39,557 bases of DNA from a virus (Duplodnaviria; Heunggongvirae; Uroviricota; Caudoviricetes), in IMG/VR virus record IMGVR_UViG_3300029875_000298; one strand, 5' to 3'. Every line of letters starts with the position of its first letter. The first letter of the stretch is position 1. Positions 1 to 8,866 of this stretch are shown here, in pieces. The notes under the pieces are model-generated. The model searched no databases. It saw nothing but the letters and a program-made list of their open reading frames with translations, and was not told where the DNA came from. The position numbers and the translations under genes were made by a program.

Positions 1-1236
1 CTACGATAACCGCGCATTCAACATGGCTACCTGTTCGTCGTTCATGTCATCAATCCACATACCGTAAATTTCATACACCATCTGCGCAGTTTCATGCCCC
101 ATCTGGCTGGCTATAAATGCCGGGTTCGCTCCTGCCGTCAACAGCCAGCAGGCAAAAGTATGTCGCGTATGGTACGGATTACGGCGGCGAATACCAGCAC
201 GTTTTACTGCTGCATTCCATCTCGCACCCAAACTGCTTACCGAGTAATAAGGTTTCTGTTTTCCGTTACACATCCTGGGCATGAAAACAAAATGCAGTTT
301 TTGCTTTTCGGTTCTGCCGTACTCCCGATGATAAAAAGTGATTTCGCTTTTGCGATGATGCCCGGTCAGTTTGTATTGCTCCTTCAGTGCTTCAAGAGCT
401 GGCTGTAGTAGTGTTACCGTCCGGATCCCCGCATTTGTTTTTGGGGGACCGAACATATCAAGTATCGTCAGGTTTCTTCTGACATTCACAATTCCCTTCT
501 CGAAATCCACATCCTCCCACGCCAGAGCTGCCAGTTCCCCGTGACGAAGCCCGGAGTAAACGGCAAATTTCCACAAGTTCTGGCTCTGTCCTTTTTCACT
601 TTCCATTAATGCATTGAATTCTGTTTTAGATAACGGATCAGGCTTTATTCTGTTTCGCTGTAATTTTTTTACTCCTTCAAATGGTTTGGTTGATATAAAT
701 CCCGACTGATACGCAAAACGTAACAACGAACAGAGCAGGGCGATATAGTTATCAACTGTGCGCACGGTTCTTCCTTTTTTGTTGGATCTTGGATTATCCA
801 GGTAAAGTGTTTCTCCATGCAGCAGTTCATTCCGGTAGTTTAAGATATCGCTATAACGAATATGTGATATTGGGGTACTCTCACAAATTATTATCCTGAG
901 TGTTTTTAATTGTGATTTCGTTTTCTTCATTGTGTTTGTTGTTAACTCTGTCTCTTTAATTTTTGTCCAGATATCACAAAGCTCCCCGAACGTTTTTATG
1001 ACCCTCGTTGTCACCATTTTTGCCCCAGTGCTGGACTGGGGAAAACGTCTTAAATACTCAAATTCACCGGAGTTGATTTCATGAACTATCAACGATCTTA
1101 AATTCCCGGCCTTTTTAATGTTACTGTTAGTAACCTCCCAGCCTTTCAATGTTTCCCGACATCGTTTTCCTCGAAACATGAACCAGATGCGAATGTATTT
1201 ACCTCGAATCTCGACACCTGTTGGTAATTTAGACAT
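1..1236 (-). CDS. intR: tyrosine-type site-specific integrase (Rac IntR-like), 411 aa
   Basis: 411-aa ORF, near-identical over its length to my recollection of K-12 Rac IntR; C-terminal catalytic region with R..HxxR..Y pattern (HTRHTFACW..., YEIYG). Stop codon at positions 1-3. Confidence 0.9.
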   Translation of the reverse strand: MSKLPTGVEIRGKYIRIWFMFRGKRCRETLKGWEVTNSNIKKAGNLRSLIVHEINSGEFEYLRRFPQSSTGAKMVTTRVIKTFGELCDIWTKIKETELTTNTMKKTKSQLKTLRIIICESTPISHIRYSDILNYRNELLHGETLYLDNPRSNKKGRTVRTVDNYIALLCSLLRFAYQSGFISTKPFEGVKKLQRNRIKPDPLSKTEFNALMESEKGQSQNLWKFAVYSGLRHGELAALAWEDVDFEKGIVNVRRNLTILDMFGPPKTNAGIRTVTLLQPALEALKEQYKLTGHHRKSEITFYHREYGRTEKQKLHFVFMPRMCNGKQKPYYSVSSLGARWNAAVKRAGIRRRNPYHTRHTFACWLLTAGANPAFIASQMGHETAQMVYEIYGMWIDDMNDEQVAMLNARLS

Positions 1237-1237
1237 A

Positions 1238-1453
1238 TCATGAGTCTTTGATAAACTGATTTATCTTTGGATAGTTGTACCAGATAATCCCTCGCTTACT
1301 GTCTGGTTTCCCTAAAGGAGATACTCGTTTGAAGTGGAAGCCTTCCACCCAACAGTTCTGGCGGTATGCTTCAATTTGTCTGGCCCCCAGACCAGTGCGA
1401 AGCATCAGGCCGTATTCAACCATCCACTCTTCATTAAAGATTACTTGTGCCAT
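1238..1453 (-). CDS. xisR: excisionase-like protein (Rac YdaQ/XisR-like), about 71 aa
   Basis: Small ORF immediately upstream of int on the same strand, stop 2 nt from the int start; sequence [21 protein letters not shown]... matches remembered Rac YdaQ. Start chosen at the internal Met; the ORF track extends to 1477. Confidence 0.6.
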   Translation of the reverse strand: MAQVIFNEEWMVEYGLMLRTGLGARQIEAYRQNCWVEGFHFKRVSPLGKPDSKRGIIWYNYPKINQFIKDS

Positions 1454-1552
1454 CGCATCACCTCTGGCAGGCGCCAATGTTAGACTGAAATTGACGCCCG
1501 ATGTTGATTATTAATAATCAGCTATGAAGTTTTAATTTGAATACAATGCAAT

Positions 1553-1741
1553 TCACGACGACTGAAGTTTCTCGCAATTAAAATTTATCAGTTTTACTTT
1601 CTGCTCTCTGGAAACGCCTGCTTCTTTTTTACCTGAGAGCATTTTTTCGCATTCTGATTTGGTTAATTTTGTTTTTGAGTACCTTGTCCAGTTAGTAGGA
1701 GTGCCACCTTCCTTTTCAATAGTGGCGGTAATTTTATACAT
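1553..1741 (-). CDS. ydaC: YdaC-like small protein, 62 aa
   Basis: Sequence MYKITATIEKEGGTPTNWTRYSK... recalled as Rac YdaC. ATG at 1741 overlaps the ralR stop by 8 nt; the 86-aa ORF-track version would overlap ralR by 80 nt. Confidence 0.5.
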   Translation of the reverse strand: MYKITATIEKEGGTPTNWTRYSKTKLTKSECEKMLSGKKEAGVSREQKVKLINFNCEKLQSS

Positions 1742-1928
1742 GAACACCTCCATTATTATTTCCAGTGGTTCGTTTATTCCATCGTTCGAGTGCTTCTTTT
1801 TCACTTCCACCATAGCCGGTTCGGGATTCGCATCCGTTACACTTCGCGCGGTAATATCCTGAAATGGCTTTCACCGTTACTGATGGACAACCACAAAAAG
1901 GGCATGGTTTGACTTTTTCATACCGCAT
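1734..1928 (-). CDS. ralR: restriction alleviation protein Lar/RalR, 64 aa
   Basis: MRYEKVKPCPFCGCPSVTVKAISGYYRAKCNGCESRTGYGGSEKEALERWNKRTTGNNNGGVHV, near-identical to remembered K-12 RalR. Internal ATG at 1928 is preceded by a GAGAG Shine-Dalgarno-like sequence; the ATG at 1943 has none. Confidence 0.8.
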   Translation of the reverse strand: MRYEKVKPCPFCGCPSVTVKAISGYYRAKCNGCESRTGYGGSEKEALERWNKRTTGNNNGGVHV

Positions 1929-1991
1929 TGTCTTTTCTCTCATAAAATAAAATTTTGTGATGGCGGTGAGGCTACACCGCCAAAGTAAATA

Positions 1992-3044
1992 TCAGGAGCC
2001 GATATATTCTGGTTTCATATCTGTCAGTGTCGTTTTATACGCCTCATATAATTCACCCAGATGTGGCCGGGCAGCATTCAGCGTATTTTCCAGAGCAGTA
2101 AATTTTTGTTCTGCTTCTGGATCACCTGAAGAAGGTAGGTCATTTATCATCTTCTCGATACGGGCAATAGCATTGAGACGGTGATGACGCTGAACCACTT
2201 TTCCTTTAAGTTCCGTATAGAGAGCGCCAAGTGTATTTTTATGATCTTCCACTTCCTGGCGAAGTGCTGTTGTTTCCCCGGTGCTTTGTGCCTGCTCAAT
2301 ACGTTCACGGAAAGCATCGATCCAGTTTTCCCCGGCATCCTGCTCAATAATTGTTGTTTCACGTTCCGCGCGGCAAGCGGAAGTGTTTTTATGTTCCTGA
2401 ACCGGATTAATGATTTTTTCCTGTGGCTCGTCCAGTTCGTCCCTGGTGTACACTCCAAGAATCACTTCGGGGCAATAAAGGCGCGCCCAGCGTTTCAGCG
2501 CCAGATAGGCAAGCTGCTGGCGAGGATCGTCGGCCCATAGCGTTGAATTACGTATTCTGGCCTGCGCCAGAAGTAATTCCAGTACGCGTGGTTTACTTTC
2601 GCCGCGTAGTGTTGCCTGGACACGAACACCGATCCCGTTTTCATCGGCCAGCTTCCAGCCAGGTACACGATATTCTTTCCCTTTGTCGCTCTTCCTGATT
2701 TCAAATTTCCCGATAATTTTTTCCCACGGCCCGAACCAGTCATATTCAATACGCCCGGTTAGCGGCCCACGAGTACTGATTACGGCATTAACCAGTTGCG
2801 CTTCATATCCGAGCACACCATTCACAACGAAAGTTTTCTGAGCTACTGCGTAAGGGTTCATTTGCCACTGCATCGCCTGCATGGTGATGGCCATGCAGTC
2901 TGATGGATTTCCCCGGAGGTGTTCCGGTACAGTAGCCATGCCGGAAGCCATTACCTGGGAAAATGTCTGAATTGCAGCCAGGGACTGAGGGCTGAAAACC
3001 GCAACATTAGAGTTAATATTTTCTTGTTGAGTTAATTCGTTCAT
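1992..3044 (-). CDS. single-strand annealing recombinase, Bet/Red-beta-like, 350 aa (not canonical K-12 RecT)
   Basis: Sits directly downstream of recE in the RecT position, but the sequence does not resemble K-12 RecT as I recall it. The motif DPRQQLAYLALKRWARLYCP resembles lambda Bet HPKRMLRHKAMIQCARLAF. Family assignment is by memory only. Confidence 0.55.
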   Translation of the reverse strand: MNELTQQENINSNVAVFSPQSLAAIQTFSQVMASGMATVPEHLRGNPSDCMAITMQAMQWQMNPYAVAQKTFVVNGVLGYEAQLVNAVISTRGPLTGRIEYDWFGPWEKIIGKFEIRKSDKGKEYRVPGWKLADENGIGVRVQATLRGESKPRVLELLLAQARIRNSTLWADDPRQQLAYLALKRWARLYCPEVILGVYTRDELDEPQEKIINPVQEHKNTSACRAERETTIIEQDAGENWIDAFRERIEQAQSTGETTALRQEVEDHKNTLGALYTELKGKVVQRHHRLNAIARIEKMINDLPSSGDPEAEQKFTALENTLNAARPHLGELYEAYKTTLTDMKPEYIGS

Positions 3045-3055
3045 TGTGTCCTTCC

Positions 3056-6000
3056 TCAGATGCTCAGTGCTTCAAGACGACGAAGATCAAAGTCGTTTAA
3101 TTCGTCGGTATAACTTTCGGTAATCGGTGCTGGCCAGTTGTTTGTCTCCAGGGCTTCGTTTATCTGGCGTAGCGTCCGGCGATATTCCTGTCGACCAAGT
3201 TCCAGGAGTTCCTGCGAGGCTTCCACGACTGCCACCCAGTGATAGCCAGCATCTTTGTTGACGAAGATCCAGAAAAATTTGTCCAGATTTGCCACATCGC
3301 AATACATTGCTGCGCTGAGGTGATAATCACGCTCAATAATTTCACGGTGCAGGCGATCTTTCAGTCGTTCCTGTCGCACATAACCGAGGCTGACTGACTT
3401 CACGTCGGCGCAAATGCTTTCGTATGGCAGCCGGATTTCGATATCAGGACGGACCCTGATTTCCAGCCCGGTTTCTTCATCAAACCCGAAATAGCTGATT
3501 TCAGATTTGCGATCCGGGTGGTTGAGTAGCCTTGCTGCATCAGTATTGTTTTGCAGTGCAGCGTGAATATTTTTTGCCTGTTCATACATATCTGAACTGA
3601 TAAACGTTTTCCCGGCGTTTTCTTCTTGCTGGCGTTTTTGCCAGTCCTCCAGGGTAACCAGTTCCGGGCGGATTTTCCGAGCGATTTCGGTTAATTGCTC
3701 TTTCGTGCCACTGATGTTGTAAGGCAAAGATTTAGCACGTTCTTTTTTCGCCAGTTCTGGATCTACAGTTTCAATTTGCTCCAGAAGTTGCTCCCGTGTT
3801 CCACTGGTTTTCAACAGAGGAGGGAGGTTTGCATTGTATTCTCTAATGCAGGCTTTCATTGCCGATGCAGTATGTTTCTCCTCCTCCGGAATACGCCGGA
3901 ATTCCACCGGAAGCGAACCGTAAAGGATGCCTGTTTCTTCGGCTCCAGCACTTACAGACAGTGGCTGTATAAGAGTGCTGTTGTAGCTTTCGATCCACTC
4001 TTTCATCTGCTCTGGTGTCATCAGTGCTGGCAGACTGGCATTGTGTTTTTTAATGATGGCGATCAGTTCGCTAGAAGTAGTAACCACATATTCAGGAACT
4101 GGTACCGGAATGGCATATTCATCAGCGAATTTATCCGTTTCCAGAACATAGCTGTGAATGATCCGCCCACGCAGCAGTGCATCACTTTCCTCGTTCGGAA
4201 TAGTTCCGGCAATGTGCCGTCCGTGGTAATACATCAGGCTGATACGGGCATCCTTCAGCATCGTGCTGCTTATTCCGTTGGCGGAGTGATAAACCTCGTT
4301 CGGGAGGTTTTCATAGCGGCCAGGCTCGAAATATGACGGCCACATGATTTCAGTTGCTACAGGAGCTGACGCTTCACCAGTTTCATCACTGCAATCACGA
4401 TGCGGATCGCTGCCAGCATTCTCATTGTGCGGATGTTCAGCGCCTTCCATTTCCACCGGATCTTTTTCCTTAGCTTCAACCTGATTCTCTTCATCGAATG
4501 TTTCCTGGTATGTTGCGTCGCCCGTCACCGCCCCACAGTCAGGGCAGTTATCTCCGCCAGTCTGACCGCAGGCATTGCAGACTATTTCCGGTTCCTGTTG
4601 CACTACTGGCTCAGGTTGTTTCACATCCGGGCTGGTTTTTTCCGTTTCTGGCTGGTTCTGGTACACAGAATCGCGAGTCTGGATCCCCTTAACCCATTTC
4701 GGATCGTTCGGGTCGCTAATTCCGTCAACAAATTCACCACGTGATGCAGCAAGCAATTTATCGGCATCGACAGGATTTTTTGATGGAATGTTTTTCCGGG
4801 CTTCATGGAGTTCTGCCCGCAGTTCCTGATATTTCGCATCAACAGAATTTACCTGTGACTGAGCATCCAGCGGCTGCGTGTCCTGATGATGTTTAGTTGC
4901 GTCCGGTTCCATTGTTTCAGCCTCTCCCTGTTCATCTGCCGTTGTTCCAGATGGTTGCGGTTTTTCTTCATCATCCTGTTTTCCTTCTTCTGTTACTCGC
5001 TGCGGCATCGGGGCAGAGGAGCGACCGCAGGCAATATCCACGATTTCCGGATCAGGGTTGGCATGATCGGTTTCAGTCAGTACTTTGTTCAGATATTCAG
5101 TGACGTGCGCGGGGGTGACCTCGATCCCAATTGGTGCTTCTTTTACGGACGCAACCACGATGGCGCGGGAATAATCCAGCCCGCCAGGCATGGTGATGAA
5201 TTTGTCGCGGAAAACAGAAAAGGGCGGTTTATTTTCAGCGATAATTTCCTCAATGCGTTTAGCGTGTGCCGGATGAAGGTTATAGATGTCCACGTCCATT
5301 GAACGGGCCAGTACGCCAGTGGCTACGTCGCGCGCCAGTGACGTAAGATCGTGGATGAAACCTTCGCCGCGATCGGTGAGGTTCCCGCCGCCAGCATTAG
5401 CACCAGAAGCCGTGCGAGTGATGCGTGAAACACGATTACCCTTCATCCACTCTTTTGTCAGCAGTCCTCGATCGGTGTAGTCAGCGTTCAGGTATGCTTC
5501 GAAAAAAGCAGTTAACAGTCCCAAGTCTGAATTACCAGGATTAGGGAAAACTTTGTCAGTGTCACGAACCAGTTTGTGGAGATCGCGAATTTCCAGCGGG
5601 TCGAGCAGGCTGGTTTTGTGGGAAACAGCCAGGGCAGTAACAGCCGGTAGTTCTTCAGCCCGTGCAATGTGTAATGCCTGGAGTTCGCCGCGTGAAACGT
5701 GCGTTACCGGTTTTTCGCTGCCGTGTTGAGCAAGCCAACGAATGGGCAGTTCCTGGCCAGAAATTGGGAGTAGCATATTCTCCTCAATCTCAGTCATGTC
5801 TTCGCCGTTGACGTTGGTATTGCCTTGATAGTGAGCGTTGTCTGGTGCTGCTCCCGGTTTTAGTTCCCATGTCATGGAGTCTTTGCTGAGTTGATAGCGT
5901 TCACTCCAGGTAAAATCGATCTCACCTTCAGCGGGCAGGTCATTAACGACAGGAAAATTCGTGGCAACAGCTTTAAAATAGCTGCTCAGTTTTTTACCTG

Positions 6001-6127
6001 ACTTAACGATCAGGTAGTCCAGAGTGGCACAGGTCGATTCAAAATCGTCACTTGCCCACAGGACGACGTCAGGTTCACCGGATGATTTTTTCGCTTTCCG
6101 TAACAGGAAGAGTGGTTTTGTGCTCAT
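3056..6127 (-). CDS. recE: exodeoxyribonuclease VIII (RecE-like), 1023 aa
   Basis: N-terminal ~560 aa ([26 protein letters not shown]...) matches remembered K-12 RecE; acidic low-complexity middle region; protein is longer than the 866-aa K-12 RecE I recall. Stop lies 11 nt upstream of the annealing-protein start. Confidence 0.85.
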   Translation of the reverse strand: MSTKPLFLLRKAKKSSGEPDVVLWASDDFESTCATLDYLIVKSGKKLSSYFKAVATNFPVVNDLPAEGEIDFTWSERYQLSKDSMTWELKPGAAPDNAHYQGNTNVNGEDMTEIEENMLLPISGQELPIRWLAQHGSEKPVTHVSRGELQALHIARAEELPAVTALAVSHKTSLLDPLEIRDLHKLVRDTDKVFPNPGNSDLGLLTAFFEAYLNADYTDRGLLTKEWMKGNRVSRITRTASGANAGGGNLTDRGEGFIHDLTSLARDVATGVLARSMDVDIYNLHPAHAKRIEEIIAENKPPFSVFRDKFITMPGGLDYSRAIVVASVKEAPIGIEVTPAHVTEYLNKVLTETDHANPDPEIVDIACGRSSAPMPQRVTEEGKQDDEEKPQPSGTTADEQGEAETMEPDATKHHQDTQPLDAQSQVNSVDAKYQELRAELHEARKNIPSKNPVDADKLLAASRGEFVDGISDPNDPKWVKGIQTRDSVYQNQPETEKTSPDVKQPEPVVQQEPEIVCNACGQTGGDNCPDCGAVTGDATYQETFDEENQVEAKEKDPVEMEGAEHPHNENAGSDPHRDCSDETGEASAPVATEIMWPSYFEPGRYENLPNEVYHSANGISSTMLKDARISLMYYHGRHIAGTIPNEESDALLRGRIIHSYVLETDKFADEYAIPVPVPEYVVTTSSELIAIIKKHNASLPALMTPEQMKEWIESYNSTLIQPLSVSAGAEETGILYGSLPVEFRRIPEEEKHTASAMKACIREYNANLPPLLKTSGTREQLLEQIETVDPELAKKERAKSLPYNISGTKEQLTEIARKIRPELVTLEDWQKRQQEENAGKTFISSDMYEQAKNIHAALQNNTDAARLLNHPDRKSEISYFGFDEETGLEIRVRPDIEIRLPYESICADVKSVSLGYVRQERLKDRLHREIIERDYHLSAAMYCDVANLDKFFWIFVNKDAGYHWVAVVEASQELLELGRQEYRRTLRQINEALETNNWPAPITESYTDELNDFDLRRLEALSI

Positions 6128-6228
6128 TGTTTTTTAACCTCAACTCAGATTAAAATTCGTTTTGTTCAGTGAATGATCTTGCCGGATACACACTGTTCAT
6201 AGCCTGCGCCATACGCAGGCTATTTCTT

Positions 6229-6504
6229 TCAGATTTCACCTTTTAATTTCATTGCAATCAGAGTTGCCAGAAATCCGGCTTTTTTTTCTGCGGGCAGATT
6301 CTTTCCGATATGCACCAGGCTCATTTTTTTGACACCTTCGTGAAGTGTTTTAACGTTGCCTGATGGACCGTCGATATCAACTACAGTGAATGGGGTTTCT
6401 TTATTTTCTGTTTTAATCACGTAGCCAATACGCTTTCCTTCCAGATTAACTTCGTGAACAATGTCATCAGTAGTTACAACAGTGGCTTCATAACTGGTAA
6501 TCAT
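6229..6504 (-). CDS. racC: RacC-like protein, 91 aa
   Basis: MITSYEATVVTTDDIVHEVNLEGKRIGYVIKTENKETPF... matches remembered K-12 RacC. Start at 6504 is preceded by AAGGAG; the ORF track extends to 6552. Confidence 0.8.
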   Translation of the reverse strand: MITSYEATVVTTDDIVHEVNLEGKRIGYVIKTENKETPFTVVDIDGPSGNVKTLHEGVKKMSLVHIGKNLPAEKKAGFLATLIAMKLKGEI

Positions 6505-6578
6505 GTTTTTCTCCTTAATTAAGGTTGAGCGAATCCCTGCCATTGCTGGCATAAATTCAGTTTCGCATAGTCAGTTAA

Positions 6579-6749
6579 TTAAAGTTCGTGTGCCATCTGG
6601 TCTTTTTCGGCACATATTTCACTACAATATTTTTTCATTTCCGTCGTTGGGATAACTCCACGCATGAAATGAAGTGGTCTTTTAATGCTTTTGCTTTCTT
6701 TAACTTCTTTATCGCAAAGGTGGTAAGCACATTTTATTTTCTTAGTCAT
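6579..6749 (-). CDS. ydaE: YdaE-like Cys-rich small protein, 56 aa (below the ORF-track size cutoff)
   Basis: Hand translation of the minus strand gives [56 protein letters not shown]; its start overlaps the kilR stop by 1 nt (TGATG); located between racC and kilR as in K-12. Confidence 0.65.
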   Translation of the reverse strand: MTKKIKCAYHLCDKEVKESKSIKRPLHFMRGVIPTTEMKKYCSEICAEKDQMAHEL

Positions 6750-6970
6750 CACCATGACTCCGCCTTTACAGGTAAACCATCACGACCGAGGAAGACTTTA
6801 ATCATGCAGTCAGTAATGCATGTTTTTGTGGTCAGGTTACGAATATAAAGCTTTCGCTTTTTAATATTGTTTGCCGAGGCAATATATGTCCGGCCGTTAT
6901 GAAGAACATAATCACCAGGAGTCACACACTGACGAGGTATTTCATCAGTTCCGAAGTGATGAGCAATCAT
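6749..6970 (-). CDS. kilR: KilR, FtsZ-inhibiting killing protein, 73 aa
   Basis: [50 protein letters not shown]... matches remembered K-12 KilR. ATG at 6970 has GGAGA 5 nt upstream; the ORF track starts at 6988. Confidence 0.8.
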   Translation of the reverse strand: MIAHHFGTDEIPRQCVTPGDYVLHNGRTYIASANNIKKRKLYIRNLTTKTCITDCMIKVFLGRDGLPVKAESW

Positions 6971-7141
6971 AATTATCTCCATTTTCACAAATGAACTTTG
7001 TTGATGCGGTGCCTGGTGCCTCCAGGTGACGTTAACCAGTTAACAATTAACGCCGGATAATCCACCCATAACACTGATGCTTTTAACTGTTCCGCGTGCG
7101 CTTAGCCGCATTCACCGCATCACAAAATTCACTTTAAAAAG

Positions 7142-7182
7142 GGCGGACATCAGCCGAACTTCAAGAAAAAACTGATGCCGCC
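7142..7182 (-). terminator. putative intrinsic terminator on the minus strand within the early-left operon (tL-like)
   Basis: Inverted repeat GGCGGACATCAG (7142-7153) and CTGATGCCGCC (7172-7182) with an 18-nt loop; on the minus strand the stem is followed by CTTTTT. Sits between the sieB region and the kilR start. Confidence 0.4.
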
Positions 7183-7400
7183 AAGACTACACACAGTAAT
7201 GTCGTTATTTACAACCGGAGGCGCACTCCCACCATTTAAATTTAACAGACAAGACCGACTCTTTATGGATATCGGAAATGCGCCTTCGTGTTGCGCCCAG
7301 TTTTATTTCACCACCTCCGGGCTTCGGTGGTCTCGGCTATACCCCTACAGCGAGAGCTTGTGTTAACATTTCAATACCCTTACAGTTGAGAGTTATTGAT

Positions 7401-7889
7401 ATGTTGGATGTATTTACTCCATTGTTGAAACTTTTTGCTAACGAGCCACTCGAAAGACTTATGTATACGATTATCATTTTTGGTCTCACTCTCTGGCTGA
7501 TACCGAAAGAGTTTACTTTCGAATTCAATGCTTATACTGAAATACCTTGGCTCTTTCAGATTATCGTTTTTGCCTTTTCTTTCGTGGTCGGCATTTCCTT
7601 CTCAAGATTGCGAGCACATATTCAAAAGCATTATTCATTACTACCAGAGCAACGAGTATTGCTTCGTTTATCTGAGAAAGAAATCGCTGTATTTAAAGAT
7701 TTCCTTAAAACAGGAAATCTTATTATCACTTCTTCTTGCCGTAACCCGGTTATGAAAAAATTAGAACGGAAGGGCATCATTCAACATCAGAGTGATAGCG
7801 CAAACTGTTCTTATTATCTCGTCACCGAAAAATACTCCCATTTTATGAAGTTATTCTGGAACAGCAGGAGTAGACGTTTTAATCGTTAG
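7401..7889 (+). CDS. sieB: superinfection exclusion protein B (SieB), 162 aa, membrane protein
   Basis: MLDVFTPLLKLFANEPLERLMYTIIIFGLTLWLIPKEF... matches remembered K-12 SieB; hydrophobic N-terminal helices. The ORF track begins at 7278 but the ATG at 7401 gives the 162-aa product. Confidence 0.85.
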   Translation: MLDVFTPLLKLFANEPLERLMYTIIIFGLTLWLIPKEFTFEFNAYTEIPWLFQIIVFAFSFVVGISFSRLRAHIQKHYSLLPEQRVLLRLSEKEIAVFKDFLKTGNLIITSSCRNPVMKKLERKGIIQHQSDSANCSYYLVTEKYSHFMKLFWNSRSRRFNR

Positions 7890-8041
7890 CTTACTGTGTG
7901 CTTCTCCAACCATCGGCGCGCACCAGTTTCGGTTTTAAATGTTTTGCTTTTGGTATACGTCATAGCAGTGAACGTTCCATCCTGGTTGGGGAACACGCCG
8001 CACACAAGGGATTCGTTATTGCCGAGGTCGATTTTTTGCAT
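7886..8041 (-). CDS. ydaF: YdaF-like small protein, 51 aa (below ORF-track cutoff)
   Basis: Hand translation: MQKIDLGNNESLVCGVFPNQDGTFTAMTYTKSKTFKTETGARRWLEKHTVS; GAGGTG lies upstream of the ATG at 8041; convergent 4-nt overlap with the sieB stop. Confidence 0.55.
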   Translation of the reverse strand: MQKIDLGNNESLVCGVFPNQDGTFTAMTYTKSKTFKTETGARRWLEKHTVS

Positions 8042-8051
8042 TTTTCGCACC

Positions 8052-8186
8052 TCACATCTTGTTGTTGCGGATAGAGGCTTCTGCCTGCCAGAGATCCCCG
8101 TCGTTGCTGCGTAAAGCCTGCACAGCCTGGCTGTAAGTGATGCCGCAACAATCCATCAAATACTGAACTACTTCGTAATGCACCAT
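8052..8186 (-). CDS. ydaG: YdaG-like small protein, 44 aa (below ORF-track cutoff)
   Basis: Hand translation: MVHYEVVQYLMDCCGITYSQAVQALRSNDGDLWQAEASIRNNKM; GGAGAG lies upstream of the ATG at 8186. The ORF track shows a different 63-aa frame (7960..8151), which I reject. Confidence 0.5.
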   Translation of the reverse strand: MVHYEVVQYLMDCCGITYSQAVQALRSNDGDLWQAEASIRNNKM

Positions 8187-8259
8187 CTCATCTCTCCCCT
8201 TAACGCCGGGTGGCGGAACTGTTTGCTGAGAACACCGTGCGGTGTTTTGATGGCTAAAA

Positions 8260-8320
8260 TTTAGAATAACCTAAGAATGATGGTCAAGTGTTTTGTGTAG
8301 AAAAACCTAAGTTTTTTGAT
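8260..8320 (-). promoter_or_regulatory. putative leftward early promoter with repressor operator half-sites (pL/oL-like)
   Basis: On the minus strand: -35 TTGACC (plus 8282-8287), 18-nt spacer, -10-like TAAATT. CTTAGGTT-type motifs (plus-strand AACCTAAG at 8268-8275 and 8304-8311) flank and overlap it, and are the reverse complement of the motif repeated in the racR-ydaS intergenic region. Confidence 0.4.
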
Positions 8321-8382
8321 GCAAAAAACACAACTGTTTGAAAATTTGTGTTTTTTATTACAGAGAGGGGTAAAGAGGGGGG

Positions 8383-8790
8383 TTATTTATTTGTGCTTCT
8401 TTTGCGAGCTTTGAGTAGTTCTTCAAAAAGTTTGTTGAAATTCTCAACTCTGGCACGCATCTCTGACAATTGAGCTTTTTGCTCTGATTCAGGCAGTGCG
8501 TCGAACAGTTGAAGTAACTCTTTTTGCTCTTCTGTCAGATTGGTTGGTTGGTTCGCCGGGATCGGTTCGCCTGGTTGCTTATCTTCATCCCCAAAAAGAA
8601 GCCAGGTCGGTGAGCACTGAAGTGCCTGACTCAGCGCGAATAATCTCTTCCCCGCAGGCTGTGTTTCATCCCTTTCCCACTGAGAAATTGTTACGTGAGC
8701 CACTTTGACCAGCTTACCTAATGCGGCCTGGGACAGTTTTAATTTTTTACGCCTGTGTAAGAGGCGGGCACCGAAGGTTTCGTTTTTCAT
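8383..8790 (-). CDS. racR: prophage repressor, HTH XRE-family (RacR-like functional position), 135 aa
   Basis: N-terminal helix-turn-helix (LSQAALGKLVKVAHVTISQWERDE); divergently oriented to the cro-like ydaS with a 76-bp operator-rich intergenic region. The sequence is not the 158-aa K-12 RacR as I recall it, so the symbol is positional. Confidence 0.7.
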   Translation of the reverse strand: MKNETFGARLLHRRKKLKLSQAALGKLVKVAHVTISQWERDETQPAGKRLFALSQALQCSPTWLLFGDEDKQPGEPIPANQPTNLTEEQKELLQLFDALPESEQKAQLSEMRARVENFNKLFEELLKARKRSTNK

Positions 8791-8866
8791 ATTAGGTAAT
8801 TCTAATTTTTCTTGACTTAGGTTTCTCTACAATCTAGTTTACTTAGGAAAATCTAAGGAGTTCGAT
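8791..8866. promoter_or_regulatory. divergent promoter/operator region between repressor and cro-like gene (oR-like)
   Basis: Palindrome ATTAG-GTAATT-CTAAT (8791-8806); TTGACT -35-like hexamer (8812-8817) fused to ACTTAGGTTT (8815-8824); second ACTTAGG at 8841-8847; AAGGAG Shine-Dalgarno at 8855-8860 before the ydaS ATG. Confidence 0.5.

Noticed and set aside
1-60. Attachment site (attL) or host flank next to the integrase
   Set aside because: The window begins exactly at the integrase stop codon, so the junction is outside the sequence provided.
94-408. 104-aa plus-strand ORF antisense to the integrase gene
   Set aside because: Entirely inside the integrase CDS on the opposite strand; no RBS; integrase identity is strong.
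3087-5480. Multiple ORF-track frames of 61-213 aa lying inside or antisense to the 1023-aa recE gene (e.g. 3695..4336, 4400..4744, 4886..5302)
   Set aside because: They are embedded in a long, well-supported CDS, lack RBS signals and have low-complexity or skewed translations typical of alternative frames.
7278-7400. N-terminal 41-codon extension of the sieB ORF
   Set aside because: The 162-aa product starting at ATG 7401 matches the remembered SieB; the extension is probably read-through of the upstream intergenic region.
7960-8151. 63-aa minus-strand ORF from the track in the ydaF/ydaG region
   Set aside because: Different frame from the two short ORFs that have RBSs and recognisable YdaF/YdaG-like translations; composition looks like an off-frame read.
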